Of a DNA stretch of 64,000 nucleotides, positions 63,868-64,000 are shown piece by piece. The translations under genes were made by a program, and so were the position numbers. The notes below the pieces were generated by a model. That model was not told where the DNA came from and did not search any database. It saw only the letters and a list, made by a program, of their open reading frames with translations. This DNA comes from an uncultured Rickettsiales bacterium (GTDB taxonomy: Bacteria > Myxococcota_A > UBA796 > UBA9615), in NCBI GenBank assembly GCA_964620495.1, contig CAZUHI010000012.1, positions 9,018 through 73,017 of the forward strand. Reading direction: 5' to 3'. Positions within the stretch are counted from its first letter, which is position 1, and the number at the start of each line of letters is the position of its first letter.

Positions 63868-64000
63868 GTGTTCCTCATCGTCGGCCTGGGCAACCCCGGT
63901 ACGCGATACGACCGGACGCGCCACAACGTGGGGTTCGAGGTCGCCAAGCGGGTCGCCGAGAGATACGGCGTCGCGCTGTCGACGAAGCGGTTCCGGGCGA
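63868..64000 (+). CDS. pth: Peptidyl-tRNA hydrolase (5' part, runs off the window)
   Basis: [23 protein letters not shown] matches the Pth N-terminus. Confidence 0.85.
   Translation, partial: MFLIVGLGNPGTRYDRTRHNVGFEVAKRVAERYGVALSTKRFRA

Noticed and set aside
1-64000. CRISPR arrays, transposases/IS elements, prophage genes, toxin-antitoxin pairs and known defence-system cores.
   Set aside because: I saw no regularly spaced direct repeats and none of the corresponding protein signatures on either strand.

Overview
High-GC (about 70%) bacterial chromosomal segment. The gene content fits a myxobacterial or other deltaproteobacterial genome: several eukaryotic-like Ser/Thr kinases, many lipobox lipoproteins, Myxococcus-type LexA boxes and a BacNav channel. 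This taxonomic call is inference only. I support about 55 protein-coding genes, 2 tRNAs and a few regulatory sites. Many neighbouring genes overlap by ATGA/GTGA stop-start junctions, which suggests operons.

Most of the window is housekeeping or metabolic: tldD/pmbA, a lysC-lysA fusion, mtnA, dtd, bcp, msrA, amtB, and tRNA-Gln-prs-rplY(ctc)-pth. I found no CRISPR array, transposase, integrase or prophage signature. The many long Arg/Pro/Gly-rich ORFs in the track are antisense or out-of-frame shadows of real genes.

The most interesting items are:
- A cloverleaf tRNA with Leu-type acceptor and D-arm and anticodon UAA, but no long variable arm.
- A rearranged SOS mutagenesis cassette (imuB, then an SNF2 helicase on the opposite strand, then dnaE2-imuA) with two near-identical LexA-like boxes.
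- A voltage-gated BacNav-type channel with an acidic TLEDWTD selectivity filter and a Cys-containing pore-loop insertion.
- A DUF692 (MNIO)/DUF2063 pair with no obvious precursor peptide, followed by a fused double DsbA-like isomerase.
- A kinase-pseudokinase pair and a kinase-STAND-TPR protein.
- Duplicated AT-rich palindromic operator-like sites in front of a phyH-tetR operon.

All functional calls come from motif reading and recollection of protein families. No database search was run.
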